Shown piece after piece: positions 27,161-36,928 of a stretch of 64,000 bases of DNA. This DNA comes from an uncultured virus (IMG/VR IMGVR_UViG_3300027627_000004) (taxonomy: Duplodnaviria > Heunggongvirae > Uroviricota > Caudoviricetes). Position 1 is the stretch's first letter. Each line of letters starts with the position of its first letter. The notes beneath the pieces were generated by a model. It did not search any database and had not been told where the DNA came from. It saw nothing but the letters and a program-made list of their open reading frames with translations. The DNA is taken from IMG/VR virus record IMGVR_UViG_3300027627_000004; one strand, written 5' to 3'. The position numbers and the translations under genes are program-made.

Positions 27161-29005
27161 ATGGCAAAATCTCTTAATCAAAATTTCTATTCTTCTACTA
27201 TATACGGTTCAGAGGCTGTATCGGGTGATTTAACTCTGCAATCTACCTCGTCACCTACTCTTGGTATCATAAAATTAATAGGTACTAGTTTTGATTTTAT
27301 TGTAAATAATCAAATTGCTCGTTTTACTCATTCTAACACTGAACTTCGCACTTATTCTTTACCTGATGCTGATGGACCTATTCTTGCGTCCTCTATATTC
27401 ACTGCAGCCAATCAGATGCTTTATTCATCTGCATCGAATGCCTCGACTGTTTTAGATAGTGTGGATAATTCAATTCTGTCCACAAGTGATCTCGGTATTC
27501 CTACATGGCTGACTGGGACTGAAAATCAGTTTTTACAGATTGTAGGTGGTAAGCCTGTTTTTGCTGCCTTGCCAGCTACTATTGGTCGCATATCAAACAG
27601 TGTAGGGCAGACCTTACCTATATATAATGCTGGTGGTCCCAGCAATCAGCTTATACCTTTGAGCACTGTAGCCGGACGTATTCTTGCGAGTCCTGCAGGT
27701 ACACTAACTTGGGACTTACTTAATGCTTCATATTTAGCAGGTACAGGTTATTTATCTTTAGGTGCGGGTACTTTAAATCAAAAATTAGTAAGTAATGGTG
27801 ATTCTACTTTTAAATGGGTTGATGATCCCGCTGTTATTAATCCAGGAGAGAGAAATTTTCTCTCTTATTATAGTACCCCTAGTTTAGGTACGACGATAAG
27901 CAGTTCTAGTTTTATATCGACTACTGAAGCTACAAGTATTTTGTCACTACTTAATGACGGCAAGATACGTTTATATCAGCCTACGCCAGGTAATTCTTAC
28001 GTTCAGTTAGTCTCGCCAAACGGATTATCTGCTCCTATTACATTTGCTTTGCCTGCACTAGATGGTGCAGTAGGTGATGTATTAGCTACAGATGGATTTG
28101 GTAATTTAAATTTCGTGCCTAGCGGTGGTGGTGGTGGGGGTAGCGGAACTGTAACGTCGGCATTAGAAGATCAGCTTAGTTACTATGCTGCAGATGGCAA
28201 TACCGTAGAGGGCTTAACTACAGTAGCCGAACGGATACTTAATTCTGACGGTGGGGTGCCTACTTGGGGATTAATTAAACCTAAATTTTTAGCAGCATCG
28301 GGTGATAATCCTCTTGATAATGGTACGCAATATTCATCTTTGATTTCAAATGGTGATGGGACTTTTAGTTGGGCAACGGGAAGCGGGACCGTTTCGGCTG
28401 GGATAGAGGGTGCTTTTGCCTACTACCAAACCGATGGGTCGACTACGGTCGTACCAAATTCTTTAATAAAGTTTTCATTATCTCCGTTTGATGATCCTTT
28501 CTTCATAGTAAACGCGGGATTAAACGCAGACAGTATTGCATCACCTTTTGTTTCAATTAAAAGTCCTGATGTTTTTACCGTGGGGATGTATTCAGGGGTT
28601 AACCCTACTATAACTCTTGAGGCTCCCGGAGATCCCGACAACACATTTGACGATGTAAATGTTCGTTATACTTTGCCCGGAAAATATGGAAATGCAGGTA
28701 ACGTGCTTACTACGGATGGCAGTGGCGCTTTAAGCTGGGCACCTGGTGGTGGTGGTGGTAATTCAGATATTATTGCTGGTTCAGTGGTGGTACCTGACAA
28801 TGTTGCTAGTGTAGCTGTAATTTACGAATCCCCTCTTACTAATCCAGCTACGAGTATTAATGTCACTTGGTCTATTGAAGGTGTTGCCGATCCGGTACAA
28901 ATGCCGACCTTAGCTGTCTATCAGAGTACAGAAACAGGCTTTGTAGTAAAATTCCCTACAACTACAGTCCATGCTTATAAACTTTATTGGATGGCATTCA
29001 AGTGA
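27161..29005 (+). CDS. Virion fibre/structural protein
   Basis: G/S/T-rich; repeated VLxTDGxGxLS(W/F), GSGTV and LSYY motifs typical of fibres. Confidence 0.7.
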   Translation: MAKSLNQNFYSSTIYGSEAVSGDLTLQSTSSPTLGIIKLIGTSFDFIVNNQIARFTHSNTELRTYSLPDADGPILASSIFTAANQMLYSSASNASTVLDSVDNSILSTSDLGIPTWLTGTENQFLQIVGGKPVFAALPATIGRISNSVGQTLPIYNAGGPSNQLIPLSTVAGRILASPAGTLTWDLLNASYLAGTGYLSLGAGTLNQKLVSNGDSTFKWVDDPAVINPGERNFLSYYSTPSLGTTISSSSFISTTEATSILSLLNDGKIRLYQPTPGNSYVQLVSPNGLSAPITFALPALDGAVGDVLATDGFGNLNFVPSGGGGGGSGTVTSALEDQLSYYAADGNTVEGLTTVAERILNSDGGVPTWGLIKPKFLAASGDNPLDNGTQYSSLISNGDGTFSWATGSGTVSAGIEGAFAYYQTDGSTTVVPNSLIKFSLSPFDDPFFIVNAGLNADSIASPFVSIKSPDVFTVGMYSGVNPTITLEAPGDPDNTFDDVNVRYTLPGKYGNAGNVLTTDGSGALSWAPGGGGGNSDIIAGSVVVPDNVASVAVIYESPLTNPATSINVTWSIEGVADPVQMPTLAVYQSTETGFVVKFPTTTVHAYKLYWMAFK

Positions 29006-30018
29006 CAAACCCACCTTTAGGTTATCGTACACCTTTACAACCTGAAAGTCTTGCTGACAGCTATCAGGAACGTGTACCAGATCGTGGCGTTTCGATAACC
29101 AAGAGTGCAATTCATAAATATGTAGAGAGTTTTTTAAATCCTGAAGGTGCATATAGAGGATATTTAGGCGCTACTATTTCTTCTGAGGGATTACAATACG
29201 TCACTAACCTCACATTTGATGAGGAAATGAAGACAGATCCCAATAAAAGAAAAACATATTTAGCCAGATTTTTTGCTGAAAATACTGGAAGATTACCATC
29301 TATATTAATTATAGATCAAGGTCTTCAAGATGGTGACACAGGTATTAACCCTCTTTTAGAGGGTTTTACATATAAAAATAATTGGAGAGCTTCTTTATCT
29401 TATTTTATTAAGGTACAGCTTTCCATTTTAGTTGCTACATATTCTGAAGAAGACACCACTACTCTTTCAGGTTTGATTTATTATATATTTAATACTTTAA
29501 GTAAAGTGATAAATTCTAGGTTAATTCGGTATCCAAACAGTAAATGGGAAGTTAGGCTTCCCATGTCTGGTATAACATCTGGACAATTAAGTAATATTCC
29601 AGTTGAGGGTGATTCAAAAACACAGGTCTGGACACGTACTATAGAGCTTACTTGTGATTTTGAAACAATAAGCGAGTATCAAACCCCCCAACCTAAAATT
29701 ATCCCACCACCACAGCCTATCTATAATTCAAAAGAGGGTGGTCCCATTCCTGAAGTGTTAAATTTAGCTGTGGGTCAATCTATACCTTTGGGGTTAGCAT
29801 ATACGCTACTGATACAAAATATGCAGCTTAAACATAGTCTAGGCACTTCAAATCCTAACATTGCATTAGTTAGTTCAGAACCACCTTGGTACTTACAGCC
29901 GCGCAGACAAGGCGAAGCTGTTTTGTATATATTTGACTCCAGTTTACCATCAACGCAGGACGAATACGGAAAGAGGCGGGATTTAGTTTTAGACATACCG
30001 TTTAAAATAACTAATTAA
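28987..30018 (+). CDS. Putative neck/tail terminator protein
   Basis: RLPSILII...VQLSILVATYSEEDTTTLSGLI pattern; immediately upstream of sheath; C-terminal Ig-like stretch. Confidence 0.5.
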   Translation: MDGIQVTNPPLGYRTPLQPESLADSYQERVPDRGVSITKSAIHKYVESFLNPEGAYRGYLGATISSEGLQYVTNLTFDEEMKTDPNKRKTYLARFFAENTGRLPSILIIDQGLQDGDTGINPLLEGFTYKNNWRASLSYFIKVQLSILVATYSEEDTTTLSGLIYYIFNTLSKVINSRLIRYPNSKWEVRLPMSGITSGQLSNIPVEGDSKTQVWTRTIELTCDFETISEYQTPQPKIIPPPQPIYNSKEGGPIPEVLNLAVGQSIPLGLAYTLLIQNMQLKHSLGTSNPNIALVSSEPPWYLQPRRQGEAVLYIFDSSLPSTQDEYGKRRDLVLDIPFKITN

Positions 30019-30100
30019 GTTAATAGATTTAATTAAGGGACTATAAAAATCCTCTTTTCGTCGCTCCCTAGCATTTTCCACTTTTAGATAGAGAGGTCAC

Positions 30101-33100
30101 ATGGCGGCACCAACTTTAACAACAACGCAATACGTCGAAGTAGGCACTTATATTGGTCAATTCTTTGTACCTGGAGCAGGTACTCTGCCTTCTAATAGGC
30201 GTGTACCTGTATTAGTAGGTAAAGGTGACCGGCTTTTTGAAGTGTTGAACACACCTATATTGCGGAGTTTTCGGAACGGTGAGACACTTACTTTTTCGAG
30301 TATGGCTCCTTTTCTTGCCAATCTTGACTATAACGCAAATGGAGCACAGGCTGCTCCTACTCGCTTATACACTGTAGACGGTAATGAAGTGCCTGCGAAC
30401 AAATGGCAGTATTTAAAAGATGTAAATGGTAATTATACCCAAATACAAATTTTAGATACTGCTTATAACCCGCTGACGCAGTATTTGTTTGATTATCAAA
30501 CAACTTCCAGGTCGCTTGGCGACAGCATTCCTACAGTAACTATTGGTTCCCTTTCTAACGTAAGTGCTGAAATTCGCCAAATAACTACGGTTGGTCTTTA
30601 TCAGGATCAGGGTTCTTTTAGCGAATATGTGGACTACTTTGTGCCGTTTGAACTTGATCCACCTGACGCAGATCCAGCCAATGGTATTTTATCGGCAAAT
30701 ATTTCTGCTGTAACGGCAGACAGTACTGGTACGGGAGTTGTTGATGTATCGGCAGGTGCTAATTACAGCCATAAATATAACAGGCTTTATACCTTAAGAG
30801 TGACCAATGCTACTGGTACGACACCTAACCGCATGGCTTCGATTGAATGGCGGTCTGCACCTGTATCTTTTGGTAATAATGCTCTACCTGCAACACCTAT
30901 TAATCCTGCCTTAGATGCTGGTGTAATTGTTTTAGATGAATCAGATCCAACTACTCTAACTAATAAACTTTTAGAGTTAGGTATCGTGTTAGATTTTGAC
31001 TTCGGTGGAGGTAATTTTGTAGTAGGTGATATATTTTACGTTCAAGGTAACGGTGGTGGTCTAATTGAGGCAGATCCGTTATTAAGCGAAAATACTAATC
31101 AATATACTTTGATTTCGGATGTAGTACCTGATGTAGATGGTATTTCTACAGGTAATGTTGACGTTGTATCTTTACCTTCTGCTTATACATTCATTAAGTA
31201 TAACACATCATTTCGCGTACAATGTATTTCAGCCACTTCTCCAGGTGGGGTTAAAACCGCTACGTTTGCATGGGTGATGTATGGAATGCATGGTGCAAGT
31301 GGTGTTTTTACCGTAGCAGAAAACGTCCCAGGCTCTGATATTCAAACTCTCGGTGCAACGGGGATTACGATCCAAGTAACTTTCGGTGCTAATCATTTTG
31401 TCGCTGACGACAAATGGGATTGGTCTGTTAAAGCTCCTCGTAGTTTTTACAGAGGCAAAGAGCTTGTTAGAAACATCTCGCTGGATGTTGGTACAGTAAC
31501 CGCTTTACCAAACCAAGGTCGTTATACTGGTAGTTATTTATCTGATACTCCTGAAGGACGCTTTGGTACATGGGCAGCGGATTCTAGTGTAAATAATGGA
31601 GCATTTGAAATAAATGACGGGTTACGTTTTTATATCCGTAACACTTATTTAAGCACTGCCGTAGAATCTACCCCAAGTGGCTCGCAAAACGTGGCAGGCG
31701 ATGATTGGTCGGTACAGGTTCGCTCGCTGGACCTTTTAGATTTTAGCCTAGAGGAACAAGTAACTGATTTAATTAGCAACCCAGGTGAGATTTTTGTTGA
31801 CGTGACTGGTGCTATCACCGGAGTTGTTGGAGCTAAATATTTCTCTACAGGAAATATACCCGATAATATCATTTCTTTAACCAGAGTATCTAACGGTGCT
31901 CCTGTTTTCTATCAACAAATTTCAGGCACGCCATTTATAAGAATTTTAGAGAGCACCTTTAGTGTAGCTTATGGTGATTTACAGATAGTTTATCAATGGC
32001 ATGGTAAAGAGCCAGATCCAGGTCAAACGTATTACCTGAGTGGTCAATATCTACGTCCTAATGAGATGTACGATACTCCGTTCTTGTTCTTAAGTTTAGC
32101 AGATGTTCAGAAGTTCTTAGCTCCTTCGACTACTAGGAATGATCTTCATATAGGCGCTACGATTGCTTTTGACTATGCCGTCCCAGGCTTATTTGTTGTT
32201 CAGGTGCGTAATGAATCGAATGATGGTAATTATAGCAAAACGGATTATCAACGTGCTATAAATTCTATACTTGAAGATACACGCTCAACGGATTTAGTTG
32301 TTTTAAATAGTTTTCAAACTATAGGTGAACAATTAAATACGGTAAACCGCTCTAATGATCCATTTGAGCGTCATGAAATGCTTACCTATATTGGCGCTCC
32401 GATTGGTACTCCCATTGGTTCTGAAAATGAGTCTAATTCTTTAGTATTTTATGCTAATAGAACATTTGCTGTGTACGGTCAAAGTCCTGCTCATGGATCT
32501 CGTATTTTAATAGGTTCGACTAAAGCGCAGCGTACAATATCTCTGTCGGATGGTACTTCAACTCAAGTGACGTTAGACGGTTCTTTTGTTGCTTGTGCCT
32601 TGGCGGGTCTAGTCTGTTCATTCTCTGATCCTAAAGCGACGGTGTTATTTCAAAATATAGTAAATTTTGATTTCATTGAGACTTATACAAAGCAAGAGAA
32701 TGCGCTGTTAGGTGCTGCAGGTGTTATTTTCTTGAAGGATCTAGGTAGCGGTGTGTATCAACTCATGGAAGATACAACGGTAGATAAGTTCTCGCCAGAT
32801 ACGCAGAATATAAACCAGATGACGCAAAAACAATTTGTGACGAAAGATATTCGCACGACATTGACAAATGCAATTATTGGTCAAGTATTCCCGTCTACGG
32901 GTGCTGGTGTTGCCTTAATTCAAGATATACTTATCACGAGACTAAGAACCTTGGTTTCTAGAAGTTTAATTGGCGATTACCAAGATGTAACAGGTAATAC
33001 TAGATCGATTACTAATTCAGATATTTATGTTGTGCGTGATGTTGCTGATCCAACTATGTTCCATATCGGATATAACTTCTTCTTAGCAACGGTTGCTAAA

Positions 33101-33151
33101 CGTATATTTGGGCTATTTACTGTAAGTTTACCAGGGGGCTTTCCTCAATAA
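30101..33151 (+). CDS. Tail sheath protein
   Basis: YVEVGTYI...VPVLVGKG N-terminus; LDGSFVACALAG, LLGAAGVIFL, IRTTLTNAIIG C-terminal sheath pattern; 1016 aa. Confidence 0.85.
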   Translation: MAAPTLTTTQYVEVGTYIGQFFVPGAGTLPSNRRVPVLVGKGDRLFEVLNTPILRSFRNGETLTFSSMAPFLANLDYNANGAQAAPTRLYTVDGNEVPANKWQYLKDVNGNYTQIQILDTAYNPLTQYLFDYQTTSRSLGDSIPTVTIGSLSNVSAEIRQITTVGLYQDQGSFSEYVDYFVPFELDPPDADPANGILSANISAVTADSTGTGVVDVSAGANYSHKYNRLYTLRVTNATGTTPNRMASIEWRSAPVSFGNNALPATPINPALDAGVIVLDESDPTTLTNKLLELGIVLDFDFGGGNFVVGDIFYVQGNGGGLIEADPLLSENTNQYTLISDVVPDVDGISTGNVDVVSLPSAYTFIKYNTSFRVQCISATSPGGVKTATFAWVMYGMHGASGVFTVAENVPGSDIQTLGATGITIQVTFGANHFVADDKWDWSVKAPRSFYRGKELVRNISLDVGTVTALPNQGRYTGSYLSDTPEGRFGTWAADSSVNNGAFEINDGLRFYIRNTYLSTAVESTPSGSQNVAGDDWSVQVRSLDLLDFSLEEQVTDLISNPGEIFVDVTGAITGVVGAKYFSTGNIPDNIISLTRVSNGAPVFYQQISGTPFIRILESTFSVAYGDLQIVYQWHGKEPDPGQTYYLSGQYLRPNEMYDTPFLFLSLADVQKFLAPSTTRNDLHIGATIAFDYAVPGLFVVQVRNESNDGNYSKTDYQRAINSILEDTRSTDLVVLNSFQTIGEQLNTVNRSNDPFERHEMLTYIGAPIGTPIGSENESNSLVFYANRTFAVYGQSPAHGSRILIGSTKAQRTISLSDGTSTQVTLDGSFVACALAGLVCSFSDPKATVLFQNIVNFDFIETYTKQENALLGAAGVIFLKDLGSGVYQLMEDTTVDKFSPDTQNINQMTQKQFVTKDIRTTLTNAIIGQVFPSTGAGVALIQDILITRLRTLVSRSLIGDYQDVTGNTRSITNSDIYVVRDVADPTMFHIGYNFFLATVAKRIFGLFTVSLPGGFPQ

Positions 33152-33161
33152 AGGCTAACGT

Positions 33162-33467
33162 ATGAATTTTCTAAAAAAGGTTACCTCTAATTGGGAAAAG
33201 CAATCGGCGGCACATCACGAATCGGGTGTTTCAGCAAAGAAAACACTTGATTCGTTGATGTACCACATGATGCGCGAAGACGCTAAAAAATGGGCACTAG
33301 TAAAAACAATTGAGGATTATGTTGCAGAGCAAAATATAAGTAATGATTACATGGTAAAATTTGCAAAAAAACTTATGTGGTTTACAAATGCTTTATTACA
33401 AAAATATGGTGCTGGCGATGAGCAGATAAAGGAAGTTGTTAAAGAAGACGAAGATAAAGAGAGCTAA
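33162..33467 (+). CDS. Hypothetical protein with leader
   Basis: MNFLKKVTS. Confidence 0.65.
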   Translation: MNFLKKVTSNWEKQSAAHHESGVSAKKTLDSLMYHMMREDAKKWALVKTIEDYVAEQNISNDYMVKFAKKLMWFTNALLQKYGAGDEQIKEVVKEDEDKES

Positions 33468-33505
33468 GATTTTATAGAAGTTTTAATTTTAAGGAGATCA
33501 TAAAA

Positions 33506-34096
33506 ATGCCTTCAGCATCACTCTCATCTGTTCAAAATAATAATGATACCTCTATACCTAATAACCATGTACGATTTGGTACACGCCAAATTGATCAATT
33601 TGATTATGAAAAAGATGAAGGAAAACTAACTACAAAAACCTATCACGGCGTTTCTATTGTTGCTGGTGCTGGTCAAAATAAAAATATCATAGGTCGTATT
33701 CAAAGTTGGCAACCTGATTCTTACACTAGAGATGGTATTCATTTATATGAATTATCTGATAAGTTTTGGGGTAGACCAGTTGAATATATTCCAGGTAAAG
33801 CTACAGGCTATACGATAGCTGTAACCAGGGCAGAATTATGGCAAGGTGAAATGGAGCGCGCATTCGCTGGTGCCAGCAATTTATTTGACGATTTAATCGA
33901 TCAAAACTTTTCTTTCACGGTCAAAGAATTCTGGATTAGAGGAAAATTGCAATACAACTGTTGGACGTATACCGGATGCTGGTTTACTAGTAAAAACTAT
34001 GAGGGGTTAGCCTCTGATGGTGATGGTGTAAGTAAAATCAGTGCGACGATGGCTTATGTAAGCAAATCACATACCGGCGAAGAAAAAGCAACATAA
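33506..34096 (+). CDS. Tail tube protein
   Basis: IIGRIQSW, EYIPG, TIAVTRAELW, WTYTGCWFTS; follows sheath. Confidence 0.8.
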   Translation: MPSASLSSVQNNNDTSIPNNHVRFGTRQIDQFDYEKDEGKLTTKTYHGVSIVAGAGQNKNIIGRIQSWQPDSYTRDGIHLYELSDKFWGRPVEYIPGKATGYTIAVTRAELWQGEMERAFAGASNLFDDLIDQNFSFTVKEFWIRGKLQYNCWTYTGCWFTSKNYEGLASDGDGVSKISATMAYVSKSHTGEEKAT

Positions 34097-34109
34097 ATAA
34101 AGGCTATAT

Positions 34110-35810
34110 ATGTTAGTACGCGAACTACTAGGCTGGCTTAGATATTGTTTACAGCACGATCCTGTTTGTTTAGCAAATGGGATCGTTGCAGAGGAAATTC
34201 CCTCGTCTTTTTTATCATACATAGACGTATCGGATGGACCTCGCACGATTGGTATCTACAGAGCCGACACCGGATATACGTCTAGGATTGAGATTCGGTT
34301 TACAGCCGAAAGACCGCAGGTATGGTACATCAGCACCGAGGATAATGCGGCTAACGGAAAATATTTAATTACACCTTCCAGTGATAGGTTTCCTGGCTCT
34401 ACAAGGGCTTGGACACGTACACAGTTTGTCCGTTACTTGATTGATCTAGCCCGTGCAAAGTTATGTAACGATACTGTGGCGTTTTTAAATATAGTTCCAG
34501 CAAGCGTAGAAGTACAGGCTATGAAGCAGGCGAAAATAGATGATACGCCTTTTATGCGTATTTTCAACGCTTCGCTAAGTTCAGTCAAAAAGGGCACTAA
34601 ACTTTCTGTAGATAAAGTAATTAAGTTTATAACTGAAAATAGTTTTGTAAGTAAACCTAATGCGGAATTAGAATTAGCCTATGCCACAGCTTTCTATTTG
34701 TACAAGCATAAAATAAAAGATAGAGATTTAGAAAATTTCATAAAAGGTTTAGAAAAAGGTGGTATGGATAATTTCCATAAAGCCTTGTGTCCTCATTTAC
34801 TTGATCCTCTTTTAGAAAAAATACTATCTCCTGAATGGCAGAAAAAAGCGACTGAATGTGCGGGACCAGTATTAAAAGAGCAAAGACAAAAAGAAGAATT
34901 AGAAGCAGGTGTTCGCAAGATTGTAGATATGCACAATAGGGGTTTAGAGCCTTCAGATTTATTCGCAGGTGAAATCAAAGGTGCGTTTGGCGATGAGATA
35001 CAAGCGGCATTAACGGCAGAACAGTTACCGTTACCTTACTTAGCCCTTCTTGAAAAAGCAGATTATAAAGAGAAAATAGCACCTTGGTCTTTGATTAGAC
35101 GCTCTATTTTAGCTTATGATATACCTAAAGATAATTCAAAGCCGGTACAAGATGAAATAGTAAACTGGTTAGATAAGTCTTCTTTAATAGCTGCATTATA
35201 TAAATCGGAAGACGATACGCTTAAAGATCTAATTCGCAGTAAAGTAAAAATTTTCGCAGAAAAAACGATACGCAATCCAAATTGGGTTAAAGAGATATAC
35301 AACGAAATCGTGGCAATTACTAGTGAACATGATCGTGCTAAGGCTTTGCAAGCTGAATTTGATATGTGGGTACTGCAAGCCTTAAGTCCATCTGTATCTG
35401 CCAGTAAATTACCCCTCTCGCCACACAGCTATAATACCGGAAAACAAGATGAAGAATTGTATAACAAGGTATTTGGATCTTGGCTTTATGAAGTTAAAAA
35501 AAGCGCAGCAGAGAGACGTGAACAGTCGATCAAAAATCTGTCTACTGGTTTAGATAACTTCTATAAAGAAATTAGTGCCGGTTGGGATAGTGATATGCTT
35601 GTAGGCTATCAACCACGCATCCCCAACGTAAAAGACATTATGCTTGCATCTACTAAAGGCAACAAAGAAAAACTGTTTGATGTTTTAGTCGCAGATGTTG
35701 AAGACGAAGTAGGCGTTAAAATACCTGATGAAATAAAAGAGACGCTAATAGCAAGCCCATATTTTAATTCTATTTACCGTGAAGTACGCTTTCAAAGCGT
35801 GAAATTATAA
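34110..35810 (+). CDS. Hypothetical protein (566 aa)
   Basis: Long ORF in the structural operon; no motif recognised. Confidence 0.75.
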   Translation: MLVRELLGWLRYCLQHDPVCLANGIVAEEIPSSFLSYIDVSDGPRTIGIYRADTGYTSRIEIRFTAERPQVWYISTEDNAANGKYLITPSSDRFPGSTRAWTRTQFVRYLIDLARAKLCNDTVAFLNIVPASVEVQAMKQAKIDDTPFMRIFNASLSSVKKGTKLSVDKVIKFITENSFVSKPNAELELAYATAFYLYKHKIKDRDLENFIKGLEKGGMDNFHKALCPHLLDPLLEKILSPEWQKKATECAGPVLKEQRQKEELEAGVRKIVDMHNRGLEPSDLFAGEIKGAFGDEIQAALTAEQLPLPYLALLEKADYKEKIAPWSLIRRSILAYDIPKDNSKPVQDEIVNWLDKSSLIAALYKSEDDTLKDLIRSKVKIFAEKTIRNPNWVKEIYNEIVAITSEHDRAKALQAEFDMWVLQALSPSVSASKLPLSPHSYNTGKQDEELYNKVFGSWLYEVKKSAAERREQSIKNLSTGLDNFYKEISAGWDSDMLVGYQPRIPNVKDIMLASTKGNKEKLFDVLVADVEDEVGVKIPDEIKETLIASPYFNSIYREVRFQSVKL

Positions 35811-36031
35811 TGGAAGAAAAAATAGCCTATCTAGAAAAATTATTAGAGGGCTTTAGGGCTAGGTATATGAAGGGCGAGGCAGAATTAATGGCTCGCATTC
35901 GTGTCACCGCACAACAATTAGAAAAAGCTAAATTAGAAAAATTCTATGCCGACCAGCAAGCCCAGCCTCAAAAAAATACTAACAGATCTGTGATTCAAAA
36001 TATGCCGAGGTCTTGCTGCCGAGGTAGGTAA
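35810..36031 (+). CDS. Small coiled-coil protein
   Basis: Translationally coupled (TAATG); ends SCCRGR. Confidence 0.6.
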   Translation: MEEKIAYLEKLLEGFRARYMKGEAELMARIRVTAQQLEKAKLEKFYADQQAQPQKNTNRSVIQNMPRSCCRGR

Positions 36032-36046
36032 TAACTAGCCCTTTGT

Positions 36047-36352
36047 TTAAACAAATTCTATTTTCCTAGTGCCTGGGTAAGTCTTCATTACAAAGTCTCT
36101 AACGGCTTCTTTTGTTCCATTAAAAATATTCTCCGCACCTGCATAGCGTATGTGCGGAGAATTTCTATTCTGAATAGCCAGCCTTGGATCTTCAATCTCA
36201 GTCTTAGACACTTTAACTAACCCACTAATGCCGTGGGTTTGTTCAGTTTGTACAGACCAAAAAGTCTTACCCTTAGCACTAAAATAGTTATAGTGCTGAA
36301 GCGGTCGGATATCCTCGTACTTTTCTTTTACTTTTTTAAGCCAATTTGTCAT
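36047..36352 (-). CDS. Hypothetical protein with leader
   Basis: MTNWLKKVKEKY; AGATT (minus) at 36420. Confidence 0.65.
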   Translation of the reverse strand: MTNWLKKVKEKYEDIRPLQHYNYFSAKGKTFWSVQTEQTHGISGLVKVSKTEIEDPRLAIQNRNSPHIRYAGAENIFNGTKEAVRDFVMKTYPGTRKIEFV

Positions 36353-36464
36353 TTTTATAATTTAATCCCGCCAAAAAATAAAAAAAAACGCATATTATAT
36401 CCTGTATCTATTTTAAGTTAATCTAGTTAGATTAACTATATCATTCTCTTATATTAGGTGTTCT

Positions 36465-36926
36465 ATGCGACATATAAAAATAGAGGCAGAGATTAGTGCC
36501 CGCTCCTATAAAAAATTAGTAGCGGAGCTAAAAAACTTTAACAAAAAACAACTCTGGAAAGTGATGGATCATTATATCTTTCACATTATGGAGGATAAGC
36601 ATGTTGAGGAGCTTCTTAAAATCCTAGAAAGCCTAAAGCAAACAGACAGCTTTGATGAGCCTCATGAAGTCGCTGCAGAGGCAGATATTCAAGATGTGTA
36701 TGAGGATTTCCCAGAACAAAGAATACAGTTCGACACATTAATTACAGCAGATGATATTATGATTAGTAAAGACAATTTAGATCTGCTTTTTGACGTAAAC
36801 TACTTCAGCTACCTGACACCTGACGCAGCAGTAGAGAATGCTAAACGACTAGTCTCTTATGCCGCCTCTAATGAGTTACCTATACCTGCCCATTGGCATT
36901 ATTACTCTGAACATGATGAGGAGTAA
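36465..36926 (+). CDS. Hypothetical acidic protein
   Basis: MRHIKIEAEISAR; AGATT at 36429. Confidence 0.7.
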   Translation: MRHIKIEAEISARSYKKLVAELKNFNKKQLWKVMDHYIFHIMEDKHVEELLKILESLKQTDSFDEPHEVAAEADIQDVYEDFPEQRIQFDTLITADDIMISKDNLDLLFDVNYFSYLTPDAAVENAKRLVSYAASNELPIPAHWHYYSEHDEE

Positions 36927-36928
36927 GC